A stretch of DNA of 64,000 bases. It comes from Lepidodermella squamata. Its lineage: Eukaryota; Animalia; Gastrotricha. Where the stretch lies: positions 4,402,001-4,466,000 of the forward strand of contig JBLDXI010000013.1 of assembly GCA_047495785.1 (NCBI GenBank), written 5' to 3'. Made by a program: the position numbers and the translations under genes. The first letter of the stretch is position 1. Every line of letters starts with the position of its first letter. Under the pieces are notes generated by a model. That model was given only the letters and a program-made list of their open reading frames with translations, ran no database searches and was not told where the DNA came from. Positions 11,637 to 24,559 of this stretch are shown piece by piece.

Positions 11637-11810
11637 TCTAACATTTATTTCGTGAAGAACTTTGATTTTGAATCATTATTATTATTATTTATCGAATGAC
11701 CCAATTAGAGGACACATTTTTATCGAGTGTTCTTGATGATCTATTGAAATAAAAACTTGAGTTATGCAATTAAAATGCGGAGTTCAGTCTGGTTACCAAT
11801 TATTTCGCTG

Positions 11811-11822
11811 GGGTATAAAAAC
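11811..11822 (+). promoter_or_regulatory. TATA box of the second CBM14/LamG gene
   Basis: gggTATAAAA about 70 nt upstream of ATG 11885, with a TCA-type initiator-like sequence about 30 nt downstream. Confidence 0.6.
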
Positions 11823-11884
11823 CGCAAAGAGCCGGCATGATATTCATCAAATTCATCCAATCATTTCTCTCAATATAATATACA

Positions 11885-14011
11885 ATGAGAATTTCAGCGA
11901 CTTTATTGCTTTTGGGTTCAGCTTTCGTACTCGGAGCTGTTTTGGCGATGGATACAGCTGCCGAGTCGAAGACTCTAGTCAGGCGAGCCCTCAGCGAAAG
12001 TACCGAGAGTGACTCGAGCGAAAGCGGCCAAGTCGCTCCGAATTTGCTTCAACGCAAGCCTTACAAGCCGACGAAGAAGACTACAACCAGAACTACCACA
12101 ATTATGACCTCAACCCTTGTCCAAGGTTCGTTGAGAAATTGAAGTGTTTTTTGTGAAATTACGAAGTTTTTTATAGGCACCCTACCGACTACCACCCGCC
12201 GAACCACGAGGCAAACCACTACTAGGCGGCCAACGACCACGACTCGCCGCACGACTACCCGTGCTACTACCCGAATTCAGTGAGCTGGAAAATTTGAGAC
12301 AAATTTCAAAAATTAGGTTATTTCTTTCAGGAACACTCCTCCGCAACCGACTACACCCCGCAAGACCACCCACCGCCCTAAGACTACTCACCGTCCGAAG
12401 ACTACAACCACGACTGTCCGAATTTCGAACCCGATCCCCACCCCTGAGTAAGTGTCAAAAATTGAAGGTTATTTCGCATAATTTTTCGCAATTTTTTCCA
12501 ATTTTAGGGATGTTTGCATGAGCTGCGCAATGAGGCGTAACCAAAAGGACTACTACGCCAACCCGGCCGATTGCCACACCTTCTACCACTGCTTCTTCTA
12601 CAACGAAACTACAGCCTATGGCATCCTCCAATCATGCCCGCCCGGCACCTTCTGGAGCGATGACGTCCTGTCCTGCCTGCCCGAAGGCCGAACTCCGTGT
12701 TTCGACCTGTGCCAGAACGACACGGTTGCTGCTGGCGGCTGCTACGGTTCGCCGACCAACTGCGCGGAATTCTACATCTGCTCCAACGGTGGTAGCGCCC
12801 CGTTCTGCTGCCCGCCTAACACCCGTTTCGAACAGGCCACTTGCACCTGCATCGCCGATGACACCTGCCTTGATATCTGCACCCTGCCTACCCCGATTCC
12901 GACAACTGTCGCCTCACCGACCCAGATCAACGCTACCAGTAAGTACTTTTCATCCACCCTAAATTTATTAAATAAAAAATTCTCTGAATTTAAATAGCTT
13001 GCGTCGATTCGTTTGGAGTCACCCTGGGCGCTATTGCCGGTAGCCCTGGCCAGTTCTTAATTTTGGACTTCTCCGACCCGGAGAATCCCGGCCAACACGT
13101 GACCTCATGCGCCCCTGGCACCCAGTTCGACGTCTCAGTCTGCCGTTGCGATATCGAAATCTCGCTCCCCGTCCTACCTGTTGGTCGCCAGTGCTCGCTG
13201 TGGCTGCCCTTCGACACCGACCTCGAAGATCGTTCGATTGAGAAATTCAACACCTACCCGATTGGTAACGCCATTTTGGACACCACCGTCGCTGCCCATG
13301 GTACTGGCTCGCTCTACGTCAATGGTGGTCACCTTGAAATTCCTGGCCTCAAGAACTACGACTGGCAACGCGAAGGCTCCTGGTGCCTCTCTTTCAGGTT
13401 AATTTTTTATTATGAATTTTTCAAAAATTCCCAAAATATTTTTTAATTTTTTTTTTATTAATTTAAAATGAATTTAAAATTTCGTAAAATATGGATATTT
13501 TTTGAATATTTTTAGGTGTGAATTCGGAACCAATCCTCCCTACACCTGCACGAACAACGCCGGCCTTTTCTCGAACAACAACAACGCTTCAATGACCGAT
13601 TACTCCATCATCATGTCGACCCAGCCCACCGATAACTTCGCCGGCCGCATGCGATTCCGCGCCCCTGCTGGCAGCGCCACGGTCACCAGCGCCCTGAACC
13701 CGGCCACCACCGGCTGGAACCAAGTTTGCATGATCTACAACGGTGCCACGATTCAGACCTACATCAACGGTTCTCCTTCGACTTCGGTGCCAGCTAGCGG
13801 CTCTGTCGCCATTGGCCACTGCCCGTACGTTGTCGGTTCTGACCAGACTTTCGGCGATTTCATCGGTCACATCGACGACGTCCTGGCTTGCCCGTTCGCC
13901 CTGACCCCGGAGGAGGTCACCGCTCACTACCAGGGCAACACTGGTTTCATGAGCGCCCAGGGCATGCTGCCGAGTGGTCTGGGCCTAGTCCACTCATACA
14001 TTCATCACTAA
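11885..14011 (+). CDS. Secreted basic Thr/Arg-rich spacer + ~3x CBM14 + LamG protein; tandem paralogue of 6203-11636 lacking VWA
   Basis: Exons 11885-12125, 12177-12279, 12331-12447, 12508-12938, 12998-13397 and 13516-14011 splice in frame. The protein aligns colinearly with the upstream gene (YANPADCHTFYHCF, CCPPNTRF, LWLPFDTD, LEIPGLK, AIGHCPY, FIGHIDDV). Confidence 0.9.
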
Positions 14012-14447
14012 ACGAGCATTTCTGCTCAAAGAACTTGAGAATAATTTCTTTGATTTTGCAAGATAATTTATGGTATAAAATTGATGATTATATTGGAAGA
14101 TAAATAAAGCGATAATTGAATCATGAGTTTTGTAATTAAAAATAATAATATGTTGAGCATTCTAGCGTATATATCGCATAAAATAGAATGTGGAAAAGTG
14201 TTTAACCTACGTCAAATTTTAGCTTTCAGGTTTATCGAACAGAACTCGCTTAAGAAAGGTGCCAATGAATAGCTCACGAAATGCCAATTCACATCAATAA
14301 AATCCATTTTCGGACATGAAATGACAGGCAAAGCCAAAGGGAAAATTTGAATAATTTCCATTCTTGGTAGAACTTCGGTGACTGCTCAATTGAAGCCCCA
14401 TGATCAAAATGAAAATAATATGCAATTTTCCGATTGCCCTTCCTCTA

Positions 14448-14560
14448 CAGCGTGTCCCAAAAGTTGCGCAACAAATTTGGCAACTTTTTGTAGGAAATTC
14501 AAATAATTTCAATTCAAATAATTAGATTCTAAATTACTCCCATGAATGTCCCTGACTTGT
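14448..14560. mobile_element. Truncated copy of the Tc1/mariner-type MITE family (CAGCGTGTCCCA end)
   Basis: ta|cagcgtgtcccaaaagttgcgc matches the ends of the elements at 40217-40593 and 61544-61910. Confidence 0.6.
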
Positions 14561-14830
14561 ATCGCCAAAAATATTTAGTTTATAAAAGTTTTAGAGGCTC
14601 GGCATTCAGATCTGAATTCAGCTTTTCCAGTTTTTCCTCGCGACAGTTTTTGCAGTACAAAAATCACGCACTCCGCCTGTATAAGTCTGGGCGCATTGGA
14701 CAAATTCGGCCGGTTTGATTGAATTTCAATACACATAAAGGTCACATAAAATAATCGAGAATCAACCGGGTGGTTAGGGAGCACCCAGGCGACAAAAGAG
14801 CACCCTTTTAGGGTGTCTCATCCTATAAGT

Positions 14831-14997
14831 ACAGCGAATAGCGTCACAATTGACGCGGATTTTCTCGCTTGATGATAATTCAGAGCATTTTTAGAAAAAG
14901 GCTATTTTTATAGGCAACTTAGATGGCAGGCCACACAAGCCGGTCCAGAAAAAATCATCAAGCGAGAAGATCCGCTATATTGTGAAGCTATTGCTGT
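14831..14997. repeat. Short foldback element (~45-bp inverted arms)
   Basis: acagcgaatagcgtcacaattgacgcggattttctcgcttgatgat pairs with atcatcaagcgagaagatccgctatattgtgaagctattgctgt. Confidence 0.7.
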
Positions 14998-16129
14998 GAA
15001 TTGGCACATTAAAAAATTGAGTTCAAAATATCTCAACTTGTAAAAAATTACTGACATTTAAATACAAATTTAAAAAGTTCCAAGGTATGCAAGGTAACGA
15101 TTAAGGCTACGGCAAATGCATCATCCCCACAGTAAATGTGTATGGTAAAACCCGCAATCTATGGCTATATTTTAGCGAATATTTACAATAATAAAACTAT
15201 CCATATAAACCGCAAGTTGTAGTAAGGACTAAGGACGGCAAGCATGGCGGCGTGTTTGCAATGATGATAGATAATTCGTGCACTCGCCATCAATTTTTCG
15301 CGCCTGCTCAAGCTGCTATACTGGACATTAAACACGGCATGAATCACCAACGATGCCGCTCTATTACCGATATAGCTACACCGCGCTTCGAAGTTTTCAT
15401 TCGGCACCACATGTCCCATTTTCCTGTTCTATTTCGGTCATCTTCATTATTTATTCAGTCATCAGTGTTCGTTTTATCATCATCTTGTTGTAATAATTTT
15501 AATAATCATTATTTTTATACCAATTCTCGACGCAGAGGGAACAAGAACAACAAACAATAATCATTAGGTATATACATTGTCATATCGGAGCAACTTTGAA
15601 TATAACACATAAGAAGAGGACTTGAGTAGTAAAAAACGAAAATCCGGTGTTGGTATTATTTTTCTCATTTTAATTCAGGTATCACGTTAAGTAATTTATG
15701 CGACCTATAATATTGACTTGAAAGGACTTCATTCGGAAAGAAGATGCGAAGAACAAGCGATGAGAAGCAAAAAAAATAAGAACTGTTCTAGATTGACACT
15801 TAATAAACGATATTTTTTTATAGAAAAAATGACGCAAGGGCTACGATTTTGTCATACATTATTACCGGCTCAAAACTTTCATTTACAAATTATTTTTAGG
15901 CGGAAAAATCATGTCAACGGTTTTTCATGTTAATTTTAGGAAAAATATAACTATTTTCTGTTTCGGTTCATTTTTATTTCATAATTGGCCATTTGACAAC
16001 ATTTTAAACAAACAAATCAAGCATTTCATTTTTTATTATCGATATCCAATCCTTAATATTATTACTATTTTTTTATCATTAGTACGGGTCGGTCGAATGA
16101 TTGCTTGGACCTAGGGTTAGACGTAGTTT

Positions 16130-19100
16130 TCAGGCTAGATAGTGGTACAAACTGGCGTTCTCCTTGTCGCGCTCCATGTACTCGCGCTCGATGAGGCTCT
16201 CGATGCGCTTCTTCACGTCGGCCGCCTTCAGCGAGAACTGCAGCTGGCTGTACAGCTCGGCGAGCAGCTGGTTGTGCGGCAGCGACTTGCGCATCTTCAT
16301 TATGCGCACGATCGCCGCGTCGATTTGGTACTGCCGGTCCTGGAACACCCGCTCCTCTGTTTCTTCTTGCTCCTCGGGCTATAGAAAAAAAAATTCAAAA
16401 AATTGACGAAGCAGTAAAATATTTATTATTCAAAATTATTCAGATGTCCAACTAGCGGAATCGGTTTCTTTCGAAAAAGATAAATGGCGCATGGTTGTTG
16501 TAGGAGATTGAACTCTCTACTCGATTGAAAATTATGAATTCTATACAAAAAGCAGAATCCTCGACTGTGGGGGTGGGTGAGGATCATTCTTCGCCTGCCT
16601 TCGCCCTCTTCAAAACCGGAAACGTTACACGACACTCAGTCCCGAAGAGGAAAAATAAAACGATTATTATAATTATACATATGTATAGAAAAATAATCAG
16701 GTTTCCAATGCTCAAGCAATGATCGACTTTCCGGTTGGAAAATTATTTTGCGATTCTAATTTCTGATTCATTCAACTTTCCCAATGCAAGTTTCCCAATG
16801 CAAGTTTACCAATGTGTAAAACTCACTCCAGGTGAGCTATTATTACGCGTAAACAAGCGGCTCACGTCTTAGAGAAAACAACACGCGACAAACAGGGCGC
16901 GCGGGAGGTCGTAAAGCTGATTAACCACTTGTTACTTATCATCCCCCTATAAAACTTGAAAACAGTTAACATATCATACTTATGACCCTGACGTAGAGCA
17001 TCCCGCTCTGAATTCGACTATTTTTGGGTTTTTCCTACTTTGCCAACCACGTGAAATTGTAGAAAATATTCGGCAAATACAGAATTATAGAGTAGTTTTG
17101 GGCTATCGAATTGACCTGGGTCATCGCTAGACTGAGAAACTGGCGATTTTTTATACCAAATTTGTCCAGGAAGCATAGTTAGATGTGTCGAATAAGAACC
17201 CAGAAGTGCCGGAGTTGGGTCGCAGCGGCCGAACATAGGACGTTGCCGAATTAGGGCATCTTATAGCAAATCAGGAGTTGAACAGAATTACTGCGCGAAG
17301 AGCGAGCGCGAATTCGGCGATGGCCGCGGCATAGCCCAACGCAAATTTATCAAAAACTGCAAGCCGAAGTCGGCCGAAATGCGACGCAATTAGGTTAACA
17401 CCGAGATTTTACCAAGACAGCGAACAACGGCGTGGAGGGCAATAACAGCCGCTACAACCGTGCCGCGCGTTGTTGTCACCTTGCATTTTGGCGGTTTTGT
17501 CACCTTATCATCACCATCGAAGATCATACAGATAGCGATTTGCTACTGCAAGAGGCCGGTCAGCAGATCAAGAAGCATACGGCGAGATACCGCTATCGAC
17601 GCCGCTATCAAGAAAATTACGGCGAAATACTCGAAGAAGCGCGCGGCTCTTATTAACGACGATGATGGCTGTTAAAAACTTAGCATTGAATACGCTTATT
17701 CGTTTTGAGTACTATTTTCATGACATGAATCGTCTAGTATAATCGCCATAATAAGGTTAATGAATAGCGCAATAAAATGACAAATGACACGATGCAAGCT
17801 TCCCCAATAATAAGCAATTTTGTTACTAATGGTTCTGGGTAAACTTGAATAAAATCTGCAGATTGGGAAGCGGATTAGAAGGAAATGCGGGCGTAACGGC
17901 TCAATTGCATTTTGGAGTGAGTTTTACACATTGGTAAACTTGCATTGGGAAACTTGCATTGGGAAAGTTGAAGACACCTAATTTCTGATTGGCAAATGGT
18001 AAAATTAGAAAACGTAATAATAATTATTTAAATATTCAATTAAATTATTTAAAAATTCAATGTCGCAATATTCCACTAATTGAGGCACAAGTGCAGGATC
18101 TGCATAACTTCACAGCAGCAAATCTAAAATTTACCGATTTCCACGGTAAATTTCGAAATTCCCCGAAAATTTCCCGGCAGCCCGGATCTGCACCCAGATG
18201 CTGCACTCCTGAATTGAGGCTGCGAGTAAAAAATAACTTTGAAGTACCTACCGGGGAGCGGTACAATTTTGACAACTCCCAACGCTTTTTTCTAAATAAA
18301 AAATAAAAAAAATCAGGGTTTTTGGATCCGGTAAATCTGATGACACCGTTAGAAACCCCTTCACCTGGCGCCATAGAGAACGAAGTGATCAGAGGGGACA
18401 CTTGCACATGCGTACTGGCAACGCATTAATTTTAATTATTTTTCAAAAAGTGCACCTTAAAAGATGCAAAACTGGTTTTACTTTTGAACAGTTAAAATCT
18501 CCATTGTCTTGATCGGCGTTTTTTTTTAATTTTCATTCAGCCATCAAAAATTTGCACCCTATTGGATTTCGATGCCGATTAGTAGAAATGTGAGCCAATT
18601 CTTCCTCTCTATAATCAGTATCTATAATCTCCATAATATCGTGAAAAAATCAGCGCTTGGGCAAAATCGTGAGATTTTGATGTCGCCTTCAAAATCAACG
18701 AACGAGGAGTCGAAAGATAACAAAAATAGGTTGCTAGCAATCAGGGTTGCTGAGAAAATTGTGTTCAAAGTTCAAGGGTGAAAGATTGCTATAATGGGTG
18801 ATTATTTCTCAAAAAATATATCCTCAGATTGTTTGATGCCATCGTGTTCAGCGTTCAAAATTAGACCCTCATCCGACAGTTTAAAACCACAAGGTAGTCG
18901 CACACCTTGCGAAAAATGAAAGTTAAGTCAGCGCTGTCCTCATTCAGGACAAACTGAATCCAGAAATAAATCTTTTGTTCTAGAAGTTTGAAGTTTTTAC
19001 AACTGCAAGAGAACATTACGCTCGCAATGATCAGATTTTTTCTTAAATTTTAAATTCATACTTGTGCTTGGGTAAGTAGCTTCGACCCATTATCAAACAC

Positions 19101-22100
19101 AAGCGAATTTCACCTGGTATGGTCATGAGTGTATGATATCTTCGATTTTCGTGAGAATTAACACCGATCGATAGTGCTGACTTGAGTAATTCCTTCAACT
19201 CTCACTTCTGTCCCGAATATACTCTACCCGCATTCCAACATGTTTGAATAATAGTAATAGGTATGGAAGAGTAGGTGAAATTATAGTGTTGCATGATCAC
19301 TGGTGGCGATGAATCACCGCGCAAAATTGAGAAAAGAAATTATTTTTCCGGCCGAATTCGACTTTTTTAAACAATCTTCAATTGCTCTGAAAGTTCGCTC
19401 GAGCCTGAAATGAGCCTTGGAGGAATTACAAAGTAAACACATTAAATCACCCTATATTCCTCAATTCCTCAGTGGGAGTTTGATAATGGGTCAAAGATAT
19501 CCACCCGACGCAGATATGAATTTGAAATTAGAGAAAACATCTCCTGATAATTGCGAACATCATGTTCTCTAGCAGCTGTTAAAATTCTGAATTTTTAGCT
19601 GAATTTTTTGCGGAATTATTCTATAGCAGTGCTTCTCAACCTTCATTTTTCGGGCCGCATGCGCATGGCCGCAGCCCGATTTTGTGCGGCCCGGCACTCA
19701 CCTAAGTAACTTGCATTGGTTGCGGCCCGCAAGCCTTGTTAACAATCATTTTTAAATAGCTGCAAGGTCCAAGCGATGCCCGGAAGTCCAACTACAGGGT
19801 TCCTATGGATCATCATTATTTCAATGCATTTTTAGCCCATTTTCGGGTTTAAAATGCCCAAAAAAGCGTCAGCTAAAGCTTGCTTCGCTCGCGAATTGAT
19901 TTTCAAGTATTTTTTATGCCGCAAAATTTTTCGAGGCCGAGGGTGACAAATTATAACGCCAACACAAAAATCCTGGCTACCCTACTGAGCTTAACGCAGT
20001 TTATACCATTAATAAAGCCACTCATTCCCTTATTCGTTCATTTACGCTAATCAATTTTTTCAAATGCCCTCAAGGCCCGTTCTTGAACATTTTGCGTAAA
20101 TAAATTCCAGTTATGATTTTCTAGTTTTTTTTTGCGATGAGCGGAAATGACATTGCTAGCTCATAAAAATTGCTCATAAAACTTGATACTTATTTGATAA
20201 TTCCTAATACATACTCAATACCTACTCATGAATGCCCAATTTTTGTTAAATTTTTTGTTTCAAATTTTTCATGGCAATAAACTTAGCGACTAAACAGCAA
20301 CAATATCTGTCGAGGCCCGCTGTGTTCTTGCAATACAGTGGTAGCGGCCCGCCGGCGAGGGCCCAGGCCATGCGGCCCGCAGGGATGGAAAATGAGTTAG
20401 AAAATGGCCCACTACGGAAAAAGGTTGAGAAGCACTGTTCAATAGTTTGCCTAAAATTAGGACAGTGCTGACCGGGCTACCATTTTTTACCAGGTAAGCC
20501 AAGTTTAGGTCCCAAACTGTCGAATGAGGTCTCTTCAGCCTTACTGTTGAACGGTGAACACGATGGCCTAAAAAAGCAGGGGTAAAATTTTCTGTTTGGT
20601 CATCAGACGAAAAAATCACTAATTTCGAAAAATGCGAGCTTAGAAAGTTCAGTTTTATCAAGAATCTACCCTGTTCTTTCTGGGAATAAGGCGACGATTA
20701 TATGACGATGACACAGCCATATGCTTGATTTGCGATAGGTAGCTGAACAGAATGTGGAATGTTTTGGGACAAGAATGACGAAAATTCTGCATCAACACAC
20801 ACCAAATGCCTTTAAGCTTACGGCTTGAGGGCTTTTCGACCGTTCTGGTGAAATTTTGAACCAAGGAGATGCATCCAATATAAAGCAGCAACGGCGTCGC
20901 GCAAAGCAACTGAATTCGCAGGTGAAAATCGAAGAATAATTGAAAAATGCTTATTGGTTTTCTCCAAATTAATATTATTTTCACATTGGCTGATGTCAAA
21001 TTTCAGACCAAGATAATTATTTGGATAGATCGAATCGCTATATAATAACAATCGACGAATGTGTGAATAGGCCGGGACTTTCAAAGGTAAATTCAGGGCA
21101 AAATTCTTCCATATCATTTCGAATTCAACGAGGCATCTTTAGTTAGAATGCCAAGTTTTTAGCAAACAGATCTCTCTTGATAGCTTCAAAGCAAATGCCT
21201 ACCAAGGCCTGATTTCTTATTTTGCTAGAACTGGATTTCAGCTGAAGGAATATGAAAAAAAATTCGCGTTTTGGAGAAGGTGAAATTTCTCAATTGCTCA
21301 GTAAACTATGCGCTCTAATCTTACTGATCATGGGGCAAGAAAATATGTTTTTTTCCAGAGGTTATAACTTAGTTTATGACGCCGTTCGCAACTGTCAAAA
21401 AAATCAGAAAACGCAGAGAGGACATCTGATAATATTTCTTGTACTTCCAATAGCCCAGGGGCATTCCAATCTTCCCTAAGGATGACGTAAATACGGAGAA
21501 ATTGAAGCATTTTCAAAAGTTACAAAAATTACTAAAAATCCTTCTTAATGGAAAAACACTTAACTTAATTCGTTTCCATTGCGAATCCGCACGTGTCACT
21601 TCTGATCACTTCGTTCTCTACGCAAAAACCTGGTGAATTTGACGACAATTTTGTGGTCTCGAAAATATCTGAAAATCTGCGTTCTCCATAAACTTCGCTC
21701 TGCAGTGGTGGTTACGAAAAAATTACGAGAAAATTGTTCTCGCTGTTTACTATAGGCAAAATCCTGTATGAGAAACCTTTAAAAATTAATAAAGAGTGAA
21801 CCGCTCGTTATAATTAAGTAATCTTTACACTGTTCGATAGAGCATTTTCAACTCATGCCTCATGCCTCATGTTTAAGAATTAGAAGCGAAAATATGATTC
21901 TCATATAATTCCGCCTCTTAATTTGATTTTCGGGCGTTGATGGCACTGATAATACCTGATAATACCTTGAAGTTTCCAAAATCGAAAATCCGATCCAAAA
22001 TTAAATTTCCAGGGCTAGTTGATTCAAAATTCCCGATTCTAGTAAAAAATTCAGAAATGATTCAGCAACTTTGAAAAATTCAATTTTGATCCGAATTTCT

Positions 22101-24559
22101 CCATTATTGCGACATTTTACAGCTGTTTGAGCAAAATTAGCGAATTTTTCAAATTAAATTATAAGAATATTGCTTCAAAATGACGAAAGCGCCCAAGTTC
22201 AGGCCAATTTAGAATGATAATCCAAGGTTGGCTGATAGAGGAAAGCCTCATTATAAGCGTAAAACTGACCGTTTCTTTGAGCTGAATCTGGTTGATTTTA
22301 ATTTTGAACAGCTTGTGCTTGAACTGCGCATTGAATTCAAACCGATCGTTGTCCTCGACATCCTTCGACGCCGGGTTCTTCGTCAAAACCCGACACTTGC
22401 CACAGGCCAACGACTGGAGCGTGCGTTTCAGCTCAATATCCACAATGCCCGTCCGCTGGGCGATTTCTCGATACGACAACTCATCCGCATCATTGAATAA
22501 AAGTAGACACAGGGTTTGAAATAGCGAAACCTCGAGTTCTTTCCGAACATTGGCCTCAAATTCAGCGCGAACAACGCAATGTCCCATAGTTGATTGCCAT
22601 TGCAAACGACGGCCAGAGTTTTTCGAGCAGTAGAACCGCTGAAAAGTCTCCTGCAAATCCGCCATTTCAACGGGCAAATTAACCGGAACTGGTACACAGG
22701 GTGGCCAATGGCCCATTGTTAACACAGTTACGGTCATTTCAATCTGCGAATTTGGCGAGATTGATGACACGTGTTGCTTGAAAGAGTGCATAAGATCACG
22801 CGAAACTTCAATATCTTTGAACATGCCCTCGAGTTTACTCGTAAAAGCCCCGCCGCATTCTTGCTTCAACCGCAGCAACATCGCCCGTTCAGCATCATCA
22901 GACGCCGATCGACCAACCAACAACCGCTTAGCCAGGTCTTTCTTGTAAAACGCTTCGAAAACGTCCTTGCCATGAATGAATCTGAACAGCATTAAGGCTT
23001 TATCCATAATTCGTTCTAGATCTTCCTCCGTTAGCTCGCGATTACCAGCCTTCAATTTCTGGTCAATATATTTCGCAATTAATTCGGCCGGTTTGTTGGC
23101 CCGGCGGTTTATGCAGTTTTCGAATGCGTCTCGAACAGCGTTATGGTACAGCTGGTTATTTTCGAAAGACTTAGTCTGAATTTCATCGATGCGGTCTTTG
23201 AAATCCAGCAAATTTTGCACCATATCTTTGTCCTTTTCTGGGTCATTCGATGGATTCGACACAATCTGCCACCCGATTTTCTTAATGTATTCAACAAACG
23301 CGACTCTTAGGTCTTTCAACCCGGTCGGGGCTTTTCTCATCAAACGGTAAAGCAAGGCGAGGTCGTTGATTTTATGATCTGCCAACATTGAGTCCAGCCC
23401 TTTAGTCAGGATCGTTTGAACGTGATCTGTAATGAGTAACTGCTCAACTAAGGCTAATAGCGGGCTGCGAGTTATGAAGTCTAGATAAGTCGTGGCTCGA
23501 TGAGATTCTTCTTGAAGTCGCCGATTGACGTGCTGCAGGTAGTCTGGCACTTCCATCTCACTGATGGATTTACTGCTCTCCATCGTATAGACTTGTCTGG
23601 TTTCGTCGAGGAATCGTTTCTCAAACAGGCTTGAGTAAACGCCGAGGGTTACAAGCATTTTCAGCAGAGTTCGCAGCAGTTGGCGATCGACAACATCACC
23701 GGCTCGATCGCGTGATATTAGCTCAAATAGCCCGTTTAATAGCCGAGCTTGAAGATCGGTATTTTCAATGACGTGTTCGCGGAAAGACAGCAGGCCAAAA
23801 TCCCAGATTGGAAGAAGTCCTGTACTTCGAGGCACGAAAGTTCGGTCGAGGAACAGAAATATACTGCGAATCATCAGCATGCGATCACAATGCGCATTCC
23901 AGCATTGATGCATCCGCTTGAGAAACTGCTCACCATCACAGCATTGGTCGGAGAATTCCTTCGTATAGGCCGAGATGAGCATACTGAAATGCAAATAATA
24001 TAAATAGAGCAAATTCATTAGGTTTGCATTGAGCTTACTCGCAAGACTTCCGAAGTTCTTCGTAAACGAAGGAGCCGTAGTTTTGAGAGACCAGATTTTC
24101 AACCATTTGATACAGCTGTTCATTTGTGAAGTTGCTGGTTTGCTGTGTGAATATTGCTGTGACAGCATTGTGTAGGCTATTCCAGGACTCGACGTGGAAA
24201 CCCTCTGGTAGTAATGGTTTTTCTACAGATAAAAGTTGAAATATTAACATACAGCTATGACAACAGCATCTAGTAATACCTTTGAGATTTTTTACTACCA
24301 GCTTTTTTGTCGGATTGATTGTCTTTTTGCCAGCGAATTGGTTGCTAAAACCATTCGATCGTTTGGGAGCACCGACGTCAGCTCGTGGCTGAAGCGGTAA
24401 AGAATCGGGGACGGATGAAAGAGCTTTCTTAGATTCTGAAGCCATGTTGCCGATGAATTCGTCAGGTGGCGATACAGATCGCTTTCTGTTACAATTCTCT
24501 GTACGACTAGAAGGCCTTTTGGTCCGACGCCTTATAACTTCTTCACCATCATCTGACAT
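16130..24559 (-). CDS. CUL4: Cullin-4
   Basis: Exons 24559-24280, 24222-24039, 23983-22270 and 16378-16130. Motifs [41 protein letters not shown] and the neddylation domain [12 protein letters not shown]...YHYLA. Confidence 0.97.
16771..17972 (+). mobile_element. Internally deleted Mutator-like (MULE) element in the last CUL4 intron
   Basis: Perfect 60-bp TIRs (16771-16830 / 17913-17972) and a flanking direct repeat ctaatttctgatt (16756-16768, 17978-17990). The internal peptide [15 protein letters not shown]...[11 protein letters not shown] (~17410-17510) resembles the MULE TNN..EG.N...H..IW.FI C-terminal catalytic segment. Confidence 0.8.
18790..20600. mobile_element. Old foldback element with long diverged inverted arms, interrupted by a hAT MITE
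   Basis: ~18990-19110 pairs with ~19478-19600 (gacccattatcaaac / gtttgataatgggtc), and ~18838-18950 pairs with ~20445-20570 (gccatcgtgttca / tgaacacgatggc). Boundaries are approximate. Confidence 0.55.
19627..20437. mobile_element. hAT-superfamily MITE
   Basis: TIRs CAGTGCTTCTCAACCT / AGGTTGAGAAGCACTG, 8-bp target duplication ttctatag / ttcaatag (7/8 match), and subterminal gcggccc repeats. Confidence 0.85.

Noticed and set aside
10289-13927. Numerous antisense and alternate-frame ORFs over the GC-rich exons (also over CUL4, CFAP57 and PEPD)
   Set aside because: Shadow ORFs caused by the codon bias of the real genes.
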